Below, in pieces: positions 26,330 to 35,295 of a DNA stretch of 64,000 bases. How positions within the stretch are numbered: position 1 is the first letter of the stretch; each line of letters begins with the position of its first letter. A program made the position numbers and the translations under genes. The DNA comes from an uncultured Gemmatimonadales bacterium (GTDB lineage: Bacteria > Gemmatimonadota > Gemmatimonadetes > Gemmatimonadales > GWC2-71-9): NCBI GenBank assembly GCA_963825055.1, contig CAWGSK010000030.1:18882-82881 (forward strand), written 5' to 3'. The notes under the pieces are model-generated. The model was given only the letters and a program-made list of their open reading frames with translations. It ran no database searches and was not told the origin of the DNA.

Positions 26330-27006
26330 TCGTCCACCACGAAAGCGAAAAGGAGGGTCGAGAGTACCAGGAACACCACGTCGTATACGGCGAGTAACCT
26401 AAGCCAGCCCATCAACTCACTCAACGGCCTCCCGCTCAGCAGCCGGGACGTTGCCTGGGCCGCCGCGAGCAGGGGCGGCACCATGAATGGCAGGAGCATC
26501 ACCGGCAGCATGAGCTCGGCAAACCGGGTGCGAACCGCCATGGCGCTGAACATGGTGCCTGCGGCCACGAAACCGATTGTCGCCAGGGCGATCACGGCGC
26601 TGATTCCCGGTAGCGCGTGCCCCAGGTCGACATTGAAGAAGAGCACGAAAAGGGGGACGGTGATCAACTCGACGATACCGACGAAGACCAGGTTCGCCAC
26701 GACTTTCCCGAGGTACAGTGCCTCCCGCGGCACCGGCGCGAGGCGCAGGCCGGAGAGCGCGTCGTGTTCGCGCTCCACATGGAATGACCGGTTGAGCGTG
26801 ATCACCGCCGCGAAGGCTATCGTCACCCACAGGACGCTCGGCGCCAGGTCCACCATCGCGGTGGCAGTGGGGTCGCGGGAGAAGTTGAACACGACCAGGA
26901 CCAGTGCGGCGAACGTCACGGAAGACAGCAGCGCGGTCCGGCTGCGGAACTCGAGCCGGAGATCCTTGGCGGCCACTACCAGGGCCAGACGGAGCGCGCG
27001 GATCAT
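26326..27006 (-). CDS. ccmB: Heme exporter permease CcmB
   Basis: From ATG 27006 the sequence reads MIRALRLALVVAAKDLRLEFRSRTALLS... It is hydrophobic. ATGA overlaps link it to ccmA and ccmC. Confidence 0.85.
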   Translation of the reverse strand: MIRALRLALVVAAKDLRLEFRSRTALLSSVTFAALVLVVFNFSRDPTATAMVDLAPSVLWVTIAFAAVITLNRSFHVEREHDALSGLRLAPVPREALYLGKVVANLVFVGIVELITVPLFVLFFNVDLGHALPGISAVIALATIGFVAAGTMFSAMAVRTRFAELMLPVMLLPFMVPPLLAAAQATSRLLSGRPLSELMGWLRLLAVYDVVFLVLSTLLFAFVVDE

Positions 27007-27713
27007 CCGGCAGCCTCCAGGCACCGCCGCTCGAATGCCTGCACGTCACCCTTCCTGGCCTCGGTAAACGCCCAGGACCCACCCGCCAGCAGGGCCACGT
27101 GCGTGGCCTCGGCCCAGACCTCGGTCGGCTGGTGGGTCACCACCAGCGCGGAGCCGCCGGCATCGCGGTGCCGGGCCAGCTGTCGCCGCAGCGTGCCGGA
27201 GGAATGCGAATCGAGCCCCGTAAAGGGCTCGTCCAGGAGGAGCAGGAGCGGGGAATGCAGCAGCGCCCGGGCCACTGCCGCCCGCTGGCGCATCCCCCGG
27301 CTCAGGCTCCGGAGGAGGTCATCGGCCCGGGGGCCGAGGTCGGCCAGCTCGATACCCGCAGCAGCGATGGTGGAGGGCATCGCGAGATCGTGGCATCGCG
27401 CCGCGAACACCAGGTTCTCCCGGAGGGTCAGGTCGTCGTACAGCATGGTCTCATGCGCCACGTACCCGATACCGCGCCGGGTCTCCGGGTCGCGGCGGTC
27501 GAGCGCAATCCCGCCGATCCGCACCGTGCCGGACTGGGCCGCGAGCAGGCCGGCCAGGATCCGGAGCAGCGTGCTCTTCCCCGAACCGTTCCGCCCGGCC
27601 ACCAGCCACAGCTCTCCCGCTCCGACGGTGAGGTCCAGGTCGCGGAAGACCGTGACCCGCCCGAATCTCCGGGTCAGCCCGCGGGCTTCGACGGTCGGTG
27701 CCTCAGGCGGCAT
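27003..27713 (-). CDS. ccmA: Heme exporter ATP-binding protein CcmA
   Basis: Walker A is GRNGSGKSTLL, the signature is LSRGMRQR, and Walker B is LLLLDEP. It sits directly upstream of ccmB. Confidence 0.85.
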   Translation of the reverse strand: MPPEAPTVEARGLTRRFGRVTVFRDLDLTVGAGELWLVAGRNGSGKSTLLRILAGLLAAQSGTVRIGGIALDRRDPETRRGIGYVAHETMLYDDLTLRENLVFAARCHDLAMPSTIAAAGIELADLGPRADDLLRSLSRGMRQRAAVARALLHSPLLLLLDEPFTGLDSHSSGTLRRQLARHRDAGGSALVVTHQPTEVWAEATHVALLAGGSWAFTEARKGDVQAFERRCLEAAG

Positions 27714-28068
27714 CGATGGTCTGGGCGAGCGTGTCGAGATCGAAAGGCTTGACGAGATAACCGGAATATGCGAGGTCGAGCATGCGGAGTTGTGGCTCGC
27801 TGCTGACGTAGGCGGTGGTGATGATCACGGGAAGGTCCGGGCGGATTTCACGGATCCGCCGGAGGAGGTCCACTCCGTCGGTGTCGGGCAGCCTCATGTC
27901 GAGCACGACGACTTCGGGCTCGTGCACGCGCAGACGGCCCATTGCCTCGCTGCCACTGGCGGCGAACGCCATGTCGTAGCGGGGGTGAAAGTAACGCTGG
28001 TAACTGGTCCGGAGCGCCGGCTCATCCTCGATGAAGAGGACCCGGCGTCGCGGCGGGCTTGGATCCAT
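27703..28068 (-). CDS. Stand-alone response regulator receiver domain (CheY-like)
   Basis: 121 aa. Motifs are RVLFIEDEP, VVVLDMRLPDTDG and PVIITTAY. The 3' end overlaps the ccmA start by 11 nt. Confidence 0.85.
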   Translation of the reverse strand: MDPSPPRRRVLFIEDEPALRTSYQRYFHPRYDMAFAASGSEAMGRLRVHEPEVVVLDMRLPDTDGVDLLRRIREIRPDLPVIITTAYVSSEPQLRMLDLAYSGYLVKPFDLDTLAQTIDAA

Positions 28069-28210
28069 CCCTGCTCACCTATCGCAGCGAGGCGTTGGCC
28101 AACGGTGCAATATAGCGGAGGATGGGACTCGCGCACGGCGGGCCGGGAGACGGGCAGCAGGCCCCGGACGGAGGAGGCCTCCCTCCGGTCGCCTGCGACC
28201 CGCCTGCGGG

Positions 28211-28522
28211 TTACCCGTGGTGGGTCTCAAGCAGGAAAAGGTCGTCCAGTTTCGTGAGCATGAGCAGGTAACGCAGCTCATCACTGGTGTTGCGCAGGAC
28301 CACGTCGCGCTGCCGTTCGGCGGCCTTGCGCTGGATCAGCATCAGCGCGCCGAGTCCGGCGGAGTCCACCCGCGTTGTGGCCTTCAGGTCGATGATCAGC
28401 TGCCCATCGCCTTGTGGCAGGTCGTCCAGCAGGCGGAAGGCTTCCTGACGGAAGTTATTACGCGAATCCAGCCCCAGGTGTTCGGGTGCGGACAGCATGG
28501 CTTTCTTCGGGTTCGGCGACAT
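28211..28522 (-). CDS. STAS domain protein (anti-sigma-factor antagonist family)
   Basis: 103 aa with LIIDLKATTRVDSAGLGALMLIQRK. A strong GGAGGA lies upstream of ATG 28522. Confidence 0.7.
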   Translation of the reverse strand: MSPNPKKAMLSAPEHLGLDSRNNFRQEAFRLLDDLPQGDGQLIIDLKATTRVDSAGLGALMLIQRKAAERQRDVVLRNTSDELRYLLMLTKLDDLFLLETHHG

Positions 28523-28952
28523 GTTTCCTCCGCCACCCGGAAACGAGCAAAGCGTGGGGGGTCCACGCCGCTCCTATGGCTGAACGCACCACGCTTTCGC
28601 GTTGCATTCCACCTTCGGCACCGAGCTATCTCCCATCGGGAGACCTCTGGTTTTGCGGCCCCGGATCGCTCCGGGTGTGCTCTTATCGGGCGGATCAATT
28701 GTCTGCGAGCCTTTCGGGCCCGCGGTCACTGTAGATGGCGAGACGGGTGCCAGAACCCAGACCGAGTTGTGCCCCAACGACTTAGGAGCGCCGTGCAATA
28801 GCGTGCGCAGGCCTTTTCCCTAGCACTCCGCCTGTGGCGTGGGAGAACTGCAACGCGAAAATCAGCACTCCCGAACGGGCCGTTCCCGTTTACATATGTA
28901 TGGTACCGTGTCGCAGGACATCACTGGCCGTCCCCCAACCAGACGGAACACC

Positions 28953-30905
28953 ATGAGCGACCAACTCGACACCCTTCTTTCCGAGCAGCGCAGCTTCCCG
29001 CCCGACCAGGCCTTCCAGGACCAGGCCAATGCACAGCCGGAGATCTACGATCGCGCCGCAAGGGACCGGGAAGCCTTCTGGGCCGAGGAGGCCAGGGCCC
29101 TGGACTGGATCACCCCCTGGACGACGGTGCTGGAGTGGAAACGCCCCCATGCGAAATGGTTCGTGGGCGGCACACTCAACGTTTCCGCCAATTGTCTCGA
29201 CCGGCACCTGGCCGGTCCACGGCGCAACAAGGCCGCGCTCATCTGGGAGGGAGAGCCCGGCGACCGCCGGGTCCTGACGTACCGTGACCTCTGGCGCGAA
29301 GTGAACCGGGCTGCCTCCGGGCTCAAGAAGCTCGGCGTGAAGAAGGGAGACCGGGTCGCCATCTATCTGCCCATGATCCCCGAGGCCGCCATCGCCATGC
29401 TGGCGTGTGCCCGGATCGGGGCGGTGCATTCGGTGGTCTTCGGCGGCTTCTCCGCGGAGTCCCTCCGGGACAGAATCAATGACGCGGAGGCCAAGGTCCT
29501 GATCACGGCTGACGGCGGGTACCGGCGGGGTGGGATCGTACCCCTCAAACGGTTTGCCGACGAGGCCGTGAAGGAGTGTCCCTCCATCCAGCACGTGGTG
29601 GTGGTTCGCCGTCGCGCCGGGTCCGAGGGCGACGAGGCCTTTGCGTCCTTCAACGAGGGCCGGGATCACTGGTGGCACCGCCTGCTGGATTCCGCCGAGC
29701 CCCGCTGCGAGCCCGAGCCGATGGACGCCGAGGACATGCTGTTCATCCTCTATACGTCCGGCACCACCGGGAAGCCCAAGGGCATCGTCCATACGACCGG
29801 AGGCTACCTCACGCACGTCACTGCCACCACGAAGTACGTCTTCGACCTGAAAGACGAGGACGTCTTCTGGTGCTCGGCGGATGTCGGCTGGGTGACTGGG
29901 CACTCCTACGTGGTCTATGGCCCGCTCGCCAACGGGGCCACGGTCCTCATGTACGAGGGGGCCCCTGACTGGCCGGAGCGCGACCGGTTCTGGGATATCA
30001 TCGAGAAGTACGGCGTCACGGTGTTCTACACCGCCCCCACCGCAATCCGCGCTTTCATGAAGTGGGGCGACACCCACCCGGCAAAGCATGACTTGTCCAG
30101 CCTCCGCCTTCTCGGCACCGTGGGTGAGCCGATCAACCCGGAGGCGTGGATGTGGTACCACCGGCACATCGGTGAGGAACGGTGCCCCATCGTGGACACC
30201 TGGTGGCAGACCGAGACCGGAGGCATCATGATCACGCCGTTGCCCGGAGTCACCGCGACCAGGCCCGGCTCGGCTACCGTACCGTTCCCGGGCATCTGCG
30301 CGGAACTGGTGGACAGCACCGGGAAGGCCATTCCCCAGGGCGGCGGCTTCCTGACCATCACCGAGCCATGGCCGGGGATGCTCCGGACGATCTACGGCGA
30401 TGACGAGCGCTACCGGGAGACGTACTGGAGCCGGTTCCCCGACCGCTACTTCGCCGGCGATGGTGCCAAGCGGGGGGAAGACGGCTACTGGTGGATCCTG
30501 GGCCGGGTGGACGACGTGCTGAATATCGCCGGGCATCGGATCGGCACCATGGAGGTCGAGAGTGCGCTGGTGGACCACCCGGCCGTAGCCGAGGCGGCCG
30601 CCGTCGGCAAGGCGCATGAACTCAAGGGCCAGGCCCTGGCGGCGTTCGTCACGCTGAGGGAAGGCCGGGACCCCACCGACGAGCTGAAGGATGACCTGAA
30701 GGAGCACGTCGTCACCAAGATCGGGGCCATTGCCCGCCCGGACGACATCATCTTCACCGCGGACCTCCCCAAGACCCGGAGCGGGAAAATCATGCGCCGG
30801 CTCCTTAAGGACATCGCCGAGGGGCGGGCGCTGGGTGACACCACCACGCTGGCGGACCCCAACGTGGTGCAGGCGCTGAAGGAGAAGTACGAGGGGAGTG
30901 AGTAG
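28953..30905 (+). CDS. acs: Acetyl-CoA synthetase
   Basis: The AMP-binding motif [11 protein letters not shown] is present, along with WWQTETGG and [14 protein letters not shown] 28953 gives [17 protein letters not shown]... Track ORF 28839 starts upstream of this. Confidence 0.95.
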   Translation: MSDQLDTLLSEQRSFPPDQAFQDQANAQPEIYDRAARDREAFWAEEARALDWITPWTTVLEWKRPHAKWFVGGTLNVSANCLDRHLAGPRRNKAALIWEGEPGDRRVLTYRDLWREVNRAASGLKKLGVKKGDRVAIYLPMIPEAAIAMLACARIGAVHSVVFGGFSAESLRDRINDAEAKVLITADGGYRRGGIVPLKRFADEAVKECPSIQHVVVVRRRAGSEGDEAFASFNEGRDHWWHRLLDSAEPRCEPEPMDAEDMLFILYTSGTTGKPKGIVHTTGGYLTHVTATTKYVFDLKDEDVFWCSADVGWVTGHSYVVYGPLANGATVLMYEGAPDWPERDRFWDIIEKYGVTVFYTAPTAIRAFMKWGDTHPAKHDLSSLRLLGTVGEPINPEAWMWYHRHIGEERCPIVDTWWQTETGGIMITPLPGVTATRPGSATVPFPGICAELVDSTGKAIPQGGGFLTITEPWPGMLRTIYGDDERYRETYWSRFPDRYFAGDGAKRGEDGYWWILGRVDDVLNIAGHRIGTMEVESALVDHPAVAEAAAVGKAHELKGQALAAFVTLREGRDPTDELKDDLKEHVVTKIGAIARPDDIIFTADLPKTRSGKIMRRLLKDIAEGRALGDTTTLADPNVVQALKEKYEGSE

Positions 30906-31021
30906 TGGGTAGTGAGTAGTGCTTTAGGGAAAGTCCCCTGCACAATGGGCAGCCCCGATCGCGATGCTTCCGCGCGGCAGTGAAGCCTGCCACAAAGCTA
31001 CTCGCTACTCACTACTCACTA
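30897..31021. repeat. Heptad-repeat palindrome (AGTGAGT units), same family as 25429..25512
   Basis: Left arm: AGTGAGT AGTGGGT AGTGAGT AGTGCTT (30897..30924). Right arm: AAAGCTA CTCGCTA CTCACTA CTCACTA (30994..31021). The loop is 69 nt. The acs stop TAG (30903..30905) and the kup stop TAG (31019..31021) both lie inside the arms. Confidence 0.85.
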
Positions 31022-32926
31022 CAACTGTATCTGCGCCCCCATCTCCACCACCCGGTTCGGCGGCAGGCCGAAGTAGGCGGTGGCGGTGCGGGCGTTTCGC
31101 GTCATGATGATGAAGAGTCGTTTGCGCCAGCCCGCCATCTTCGACTTGCCGGTGGGAAGCAGGGTCTCCCGGCCCAGGTAGAAGGTCGTCTCCATCAGCT
31201 TGATGGAGAGGCCACGGGCCTCGAGGATTCGCAGCACCGCCGCCATGTCCGGCGACTCCATGAAACCGTAGCGGACCAGCACCTGGAGGAATCCTTCGGT
31301 CAGCGGCTTGATCTCCACCCGCTCGGTTTCTGGGACGGTCGGGATCTCATCCGACACGAAGCTCATCAACAGCACGCGCTCGTGCAGCACCTTGTTGTGC
31401 TTGATGTGATGCAGGAGCACCGGCGGCGCGCCGCTCACGTCGGAAGTCATGAAGACGGCGGTGCCCGGGACACGCGCGGGCTGGCGGCGGGCGATGTCCC
31501 CCAGAAAAAGGTCAATCGGCAGGGAGTTGCTGCGCATGATGCTGGAAAGGAAGAACCGTCCCCGCTTCCAGGTGGACATCAGGACGAATATGATGCCCGC
31601 CACCATCAGTGGGAACCACCCGCCATGGGGAATCTTCACGAGGTTGGCGAGCAGGAAGGCCAGGTCGACGAAGAGCAGGGCCGCCCCGAGGATGGCCACC
31701 CGCCACCAGCCCCATCGCCACCGCTCCCGCGCCACGGCACAGAAGAGAATTGTGGTGACAGCCATGGTACCCGTCACCGCCACGCCGTAGGTCGCGGCCA
31801 GTGCCGAGGAGGTCCGGAAACCCAGCACCAGCCCCACGCAGGCGATCCCGACGGCGATGTTCACCTCGGGGATGTAGATCTGCCCGACCTCGGTCTCCGA
31901 GGTGTGCACAATGGTCACGCGCGGGCTGTAGCCGAGCTGGACGGCCTGCTGGGTCAGGGAGAACGCCCCGGAGATCAGCGCCTGCGACGCCACCACCGCG
32001 GCAGCCGTCGCAATGCCGATCATGGGATACAGCGCCCACCCCGGGACCAGCGAATAGAACGGATTGACCGCCGCGGCCGGATTGCGCAGTAGCAGCGCCC
32101 CCTGGCCGAAATAGTTGAGCAGGAGGGCAGGCAGGACGAAACAGAACCAGGCGAGGCGGATCGGCCGCTTGCCGAAATGTCCCATGTCGGCGTAGAGGGC
32201 CTCGCCGCCGGTAACCACCAGGACCACCGCCGCGAGGACGAGGAACCCCGTCTTCCCCTCCCGGCTCAGGAAATCCACCGCGTGGAGCGGCGACAGGGCG
32301 CGGAGGACGTCGGGCTCCTGCAGGATCCCATGCACGCCCAGGGCCGCAATGCACACAAACCACACCGACGTCACCGGCCCGAACATCTTGCCGACCGCCG
32401 CGGTCCCGTGCTTCTGCACCGCAAACAGCCCGACGATGATGACCAGGCTGATCCAGATGACCCAGTGCTGGAGCGCGGGCGCGGCCACCGCGAGCCCCTC
32501 CATCGCCCCGAGGACGGAGATGGCCGGCGTGATGATGCCGTCCCCGTAGAGGAGCGCGGAGCCGAACAGCCCGGCCATGATCAGGAGCCAGCGGCGCCCG
32601 CGGACGTTGACGCGCGGGCGGAGGAGGGCGAGCAGGGCCAGAATCCCACCCTCGCCCCGGTTGTCCGCCTGCATCATGAACCCCAGGTACTTGAAGCTCA
32701 CAATGAAATTGAGTGACCAGAAGATCAGCGACAGGACCCCCAGCACGTTCGCCGGGGATGCGGTGATACCGTAGACGCCGTAGAAGCACTCCCGCAGGGC
32801 GTACAGCGGGCTGGTGCCGATATCGCCGTACACCACGCCCAGGGCGGCAAAGGAGAGAAAAAACAGGGCCTTGCCCCGCGGGGACGGGGCGTCGGGCCCT
32901 TGGGGCGGCAGGGGCGTCTCACTCAT
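31019..32926 (-). CDS. kup: KUP/HAK/KT potassium uptake transporter
   Basis: The family motif GVVYGDIGTSPLYAL is present. The protein has about 12 TM segments and a cytoplasmic C-terminal domain. ATG 32926 overlaps the stop of the VKOR gene (ATGA). Confidence 0.9.
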   Translation of the reverse strand: MSETPLPPQGPDAPSPRGKALFFLSFAALGVVYGDIGTSPLYALRECFYGVYGITASPANVLGVLSLIFWSLNFIVSFKYLGFMMQADNRGEGGILALLALLRPRVNVRGRRWLLIMAGLFGSALLYGDGIITPAISVLGAMEGLAVAAPALQHWVIWISLVIIVGLFAVQKHGTAAVGKMFGPVTSVWFVCIAALGVHGILQEPDVLRALSPLHAVDFLSREGKTGFLVLAAVVLVVTGGEALYADMGHFGKRPIRLAWFCFVLPALLLNYFGQGALLLRNPAAAVNPFYSLVPGWALYPMIGIATAAAVVASQALISGAFSLTQQAVQLGYSPRVTIVHTSETEVGQIYIPEVNIAVGIACVGLVLGFRTSSALAATYGVAVTGTMAVTTILFCAVARERWRWGWWRVAILGAALLFVDLAFLLANLVKIPHGGWFPLMVAGIIFVLMSTWKRGRFFLSSIMRSNSLPIDLFLGDIARRQPARVPGTAVFMTSDVSGAPPVLLHHIKHNKVLHERVLLMSFVSDEIPTVPETERVEIKPLTEGFLQVLVRYGFMESPDMAAVLRILEARGLSIKLMETTFYLGRETLLPTGKSKMAGWRKRLFIIMTRNARTATAYFGLPPNRVVEMGAQIQL

Positions 32927-33357
32927 GCCGCCATCCGGGGGCGCGAGGATCGCCAGGCAAGGAGGGAGGCGATGAACAGCAGCAGGACGATGACCGCCGA
33001 CCCGACGCACCAGCGGCAGATGGCATGGATCACGAACAGTTCGAGCGCGGTGAGGTACGCGGCAAACGCGAGCGCGCCACCACTCAGGGCCACCAGTACG
33101 GCATCGGGCCAGGTCCGCCCGGCGTAACGGGCGGACAGTCCGGCGAGGGCCACGCCCAGCATCAGGACGTATCCCACCAGGCCGATGAGCGAGACCTCCA
33201 CGCCAAGGAACCGGGCGTATGGGCTCAGTTGAACGGTCTCACACCCGCCAGTACCGCACGCCAGCGTGCCGATGTACCCGAGCTTGTACAGGTAGAGGTA
33301 GGCCGCCACGAACACGCCCGCGAGGCTGAGGATGGCGGCCGCCATCCGGTATTTCAT
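32923..33357 (-). CDS. Vitamin K epoxide reductase (VKOR) family protein
   Basis: 144 aa with 4 TM segments. The loop cysteines are CGTGGC and the active-site CXXC is CRWC. Confidence 0.8.
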   Translation of the reverse strand: MKYRMAAAILSLAGVFVAAYLYLYKLGYIGTLACGTGGCETVQLSPYARFLGVEVSLIGLVGYVLMLGVALAGLSARYAGRTWPDAVLVALSGGALAFAAYLTALELFVIHAICRWCVGSAVIVLLLFIASLLAWRSSRPRMAA

Positions 33358-34043
33358 GGGGTCGTGTCAGCGGCGATGAGCGTGTTGACCATCTGCTCGA
33401 TCCGGTCGGAGCCGACCGCGCCGGGCACGAGCGTATTCCCGATCACGAACGTGGGCGTGGAGTTGGCGCCGACCCGGACGGCTTCCTGGAGGCTGGCCTC
33501 AATGCGCCCGGCGTACTTCGCCGACTCCATGCAGGCATCGTACTGGCCCATGTCCAGGCCGTTCTGCTTCGCGTAGTCCCGGAAAAGGTTTCCAGCGTTG
33601 TTCGACGCCGACCACGCGGCCTGCCCGTCGTACAGGGCGGCATGCTGCTCCCAGAACTTCCCCTGCTCGTCAGCGCAGGCGGCGGAGTGGGCCGCCAGCC
33701 GCGAATGAGAGTGGATGTTCAGCGGGAAGTCCCGGTACCGCCAGCGGACCTTGCCGGTCTCGATGAGGCGCCGCTTCACCGCCCCGAACTGCTGGAGTTC
33801 GAACCCCTGACAGGCAGGACACTGATAATCCGCATACTCGGTGATCATGACCGGCGCGGTCTCGCTGCCGAGGTAGTAGCCGCTGAACCCCGCGGTGTCG
33901 GACGCGACGATCTGCACGTCGGCGGGGATCGTCACGTTCCCGGGACGGTTGAAGACAATCCAGGCCAGGCCCCCAAACCCGGCTACCGCCAGTACCACGA
34001 ATACCACGTAGAAGCGGCCTAGTCCCCCCTCGGTGGACGCCAT
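33354..34043 (-). CDS. DsbA-family thiol:disulfide oxidoreductase (membrane-anchored thioredoxin fold)
   Basis: It has an N-terminal TM anchor and the motif YADYQCPACQGFE (CPAC). An ATGA-type overlap links it to the VKOR gene. Confidence 0.85.
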   Translation of the reverse strand: MASTEGGLGRFYVVFVVLAVAGFGGLAWIVFNRPGNVTIPADVQIVASDTAGFSGYYLGSETAPVMITEYADYQCPACQGFELQQFGAVKRRLIETGKVRWRYRDFPLNIHSHSRLAAHSAACADEQGKFWEQHAALYDGQAAWSASNNAGNLFRDYAKQNGLDMGQYDACMESAKYAGRIEASLQEAVRVGANSTPTFVIGNTLVPGAVGSDRIEQMVNTLIAADTTP

Positions 34044-34336
34044 GGATCGTCTTCCTCCGGTTCATCGCTGCTTGGTGTGAAGCCGGATCCCCGGGCCTCC
34101 TCCACGATACGGCGGCTCTCGGCGATTTCCGGCGTGTCGTATGTGCACCTGACCTCGTAGTGGAACAACTCACTGCGGGCCTCGCCCAGCAACCGGATGA
34201 GCTCCGGAACGTGCCCCAGGAGGTCATCCGCCCCATCCAGGCGGTCGATCCGATCCCTCAACTCACGCAACAGCGCCCGCAGACGATCAGCCCGCTCCCT
34301 GCCGTAGATTTCTTCGTGATCCGCCACGCCAGCCAT
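34019..34336 (-). CDS. Hypothetical protein (acidic, helical)
   Basis: 105-aa ORF with good GC3 bias and no family I recognise. It overlaps the DsbA start by 25 nt. Confidence 0.4.
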   Translation of the reverse strand: MAGVADHEEIYGRERADRLRALLRELRDRIDRLDGADDLLGHVPELIRLLGEARSELFHYEVRCTYDTPEIAESRRIVEEARGSGFTPSSDEPEEDDPWRPPRGD

Positions 34337-34422
34337 CCTTCAGCGAACCGAAGTCCGCCCGGGTCCGTAAGAGAAGTAGGGAAACATAACTACGGGCCCA
34401 GACCACGGGGCGTATGTTCGGT

Positions 34423-34451
34423 TTGCACCAATCGGTGCAAGCATGTATATT
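34423..34451 (+). promoter_or_regulatory. Sigma70-like promoter with an overlapping perfect palindromic operator
   Basis: TTGCAC (34423..34428), a 17-nt spacer, then TATATT (34446..34451). The palindrome TTGCACC-AATC-GGTGCAA (34423..34440) covers the -35 element and part of the spacer. GGAGGG lies 6 nt upstream of ATG 34486. This is a locally AT-richer island. Confidence 0.5.
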
Positions 34452-34485
34452 AAGAGGATACTGAAACCACTTTGGAGGGTGATGC

Positions 34486-34764
34486 ATGGCCAAGAAAAAG
34501 ACCGGGCAGTCCGAATTCCCTCCTGCGTTCAGCCAAGCACGTGATGAGATGTTCAGCCATATCCTCCGCTGCGGCGTGCTGGAGGCAGAGCCTCCGCACC
34601 AGAAGGAATGGTTCGATGATACCATGCTGTACCTCGCGGAGCGCTACGAGCAGCTGAGCGAGGAGGCACTGGCCGAGCTTCGAGTCCTGGGCGAGCGGTA
34701 TTGCCAGCCGGTAATCAACAACCGGGTGGCCGAGCCGGAAACGGCCGGAGCCGCCTCGGAGTAA
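34486..34764 (+). CDS. Hypothetical small protein
   Basis: 92 aa (MAKKKTGQSEFPPAFSQARDEMFSHILRCGV...). It has a good RBS and promoter context but no family I recognise. Confidence 0.5.
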   Translation: MAKKKTGQSEFPPAFSQARDEMFSHILRCGVLEAEPPHQKEWFDDTMLYLAERYEQLSEEALAELRVLGERYCQPVINNRVAEPETAGAASE

Positions 34765-34804
34765 CGCAGGTGACCGGGCCACCGCCCGGTATATAGAGCA
34801 TGAA

Positions 34805-34837
34805 GACGCGGCCCGCCGGAATCCGGCGGGCCGCGTC
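34805..34837. terminator. Perfect 15-bp GC hairpin between convergent genes
   Basis: GACGCGGCCCGCCGG-AAT-CCGGCGGGCCGCGTC, followed by CTTTC. Confidence 0.6.
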
Positions 34838-34848
34838 CTTTCATATCA

Positions 34849-35295
34849 TCAGCGTGCCCGGCGCCAGCGCCAGGCAGCCCCTACGCGCACGCCGCCTCCC
34901 AATCCGACCTCCAGCGCCCAGCCGGCCGGCAGCGCGGGCGCCGACTCCACCCCGAAAACCAGCACGACATAGCCGTCCGTGCCGTCCCCGCTCACCAGCG
35001 CAATGCCCCCGCCGGCGTAGGGCGTCAGCCCCGTGGTGCTGGGCTGGAGGAGGAAATGAGCGACGAGTTCGCCCCGGGCCGCCGGGTCCCCGCCCCGGCT
35101 GCCACCCAGGAGACCCGCCATCACGCGCGAATGGGACGAGCGGAGCGCAACGAAGCCACCAGCACCCGCGAAGTCGCGATCGGCGAACGTCGCCACCGCG
35201 AGAGGCCCGTACTCCATCACCCGCTGGGCGCGGGCGGGGGCCGGGAGGATCGACCCCGCCCCCAGCACGATCAGGCTAGTCCAGCACCACTTCAT
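34849..35295 (-). CDS. Hypothetical secreted Gly-rich protein (small beta-barrel-like)
   Basis: 148 aa with signal MKWCWTSLIVLGAGSILPAPARAQ. The sequence alternates Gly/Ala with hydrophobic residues. Confidence 0.45.
   Translation of the reverse strand: MKWCWTSLIVLGAGSILPAPARAQRVMEYGPLAVATFADRDFAGAGGFVALRSSHSRVMAGLLGGSRGGDPAARGELVAHFLLQPSTTGLTPYAGGGIALVSGDGTDGYVVLVFGVESAPALPAGWALEVGLGGGVRVGAAWRWRRAR

Noticed and set aside
28523-28952. Possibility that the long intergenic region is RNase P RNA, tmRNA, SRP RNA or a cobalamin riboswitch
   Set aside because: On neither strand could I find the universally conserved cores: GAGGAAAGUCCGGGC for RNase P, the tRNA-like GGACGCGGGUUCGA...CCA end for tmRNA, the GGAA-tetraloop/AGCA domain IV for SRP, or a convincing B12 box. 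It is kept only as an unclassified structured region.
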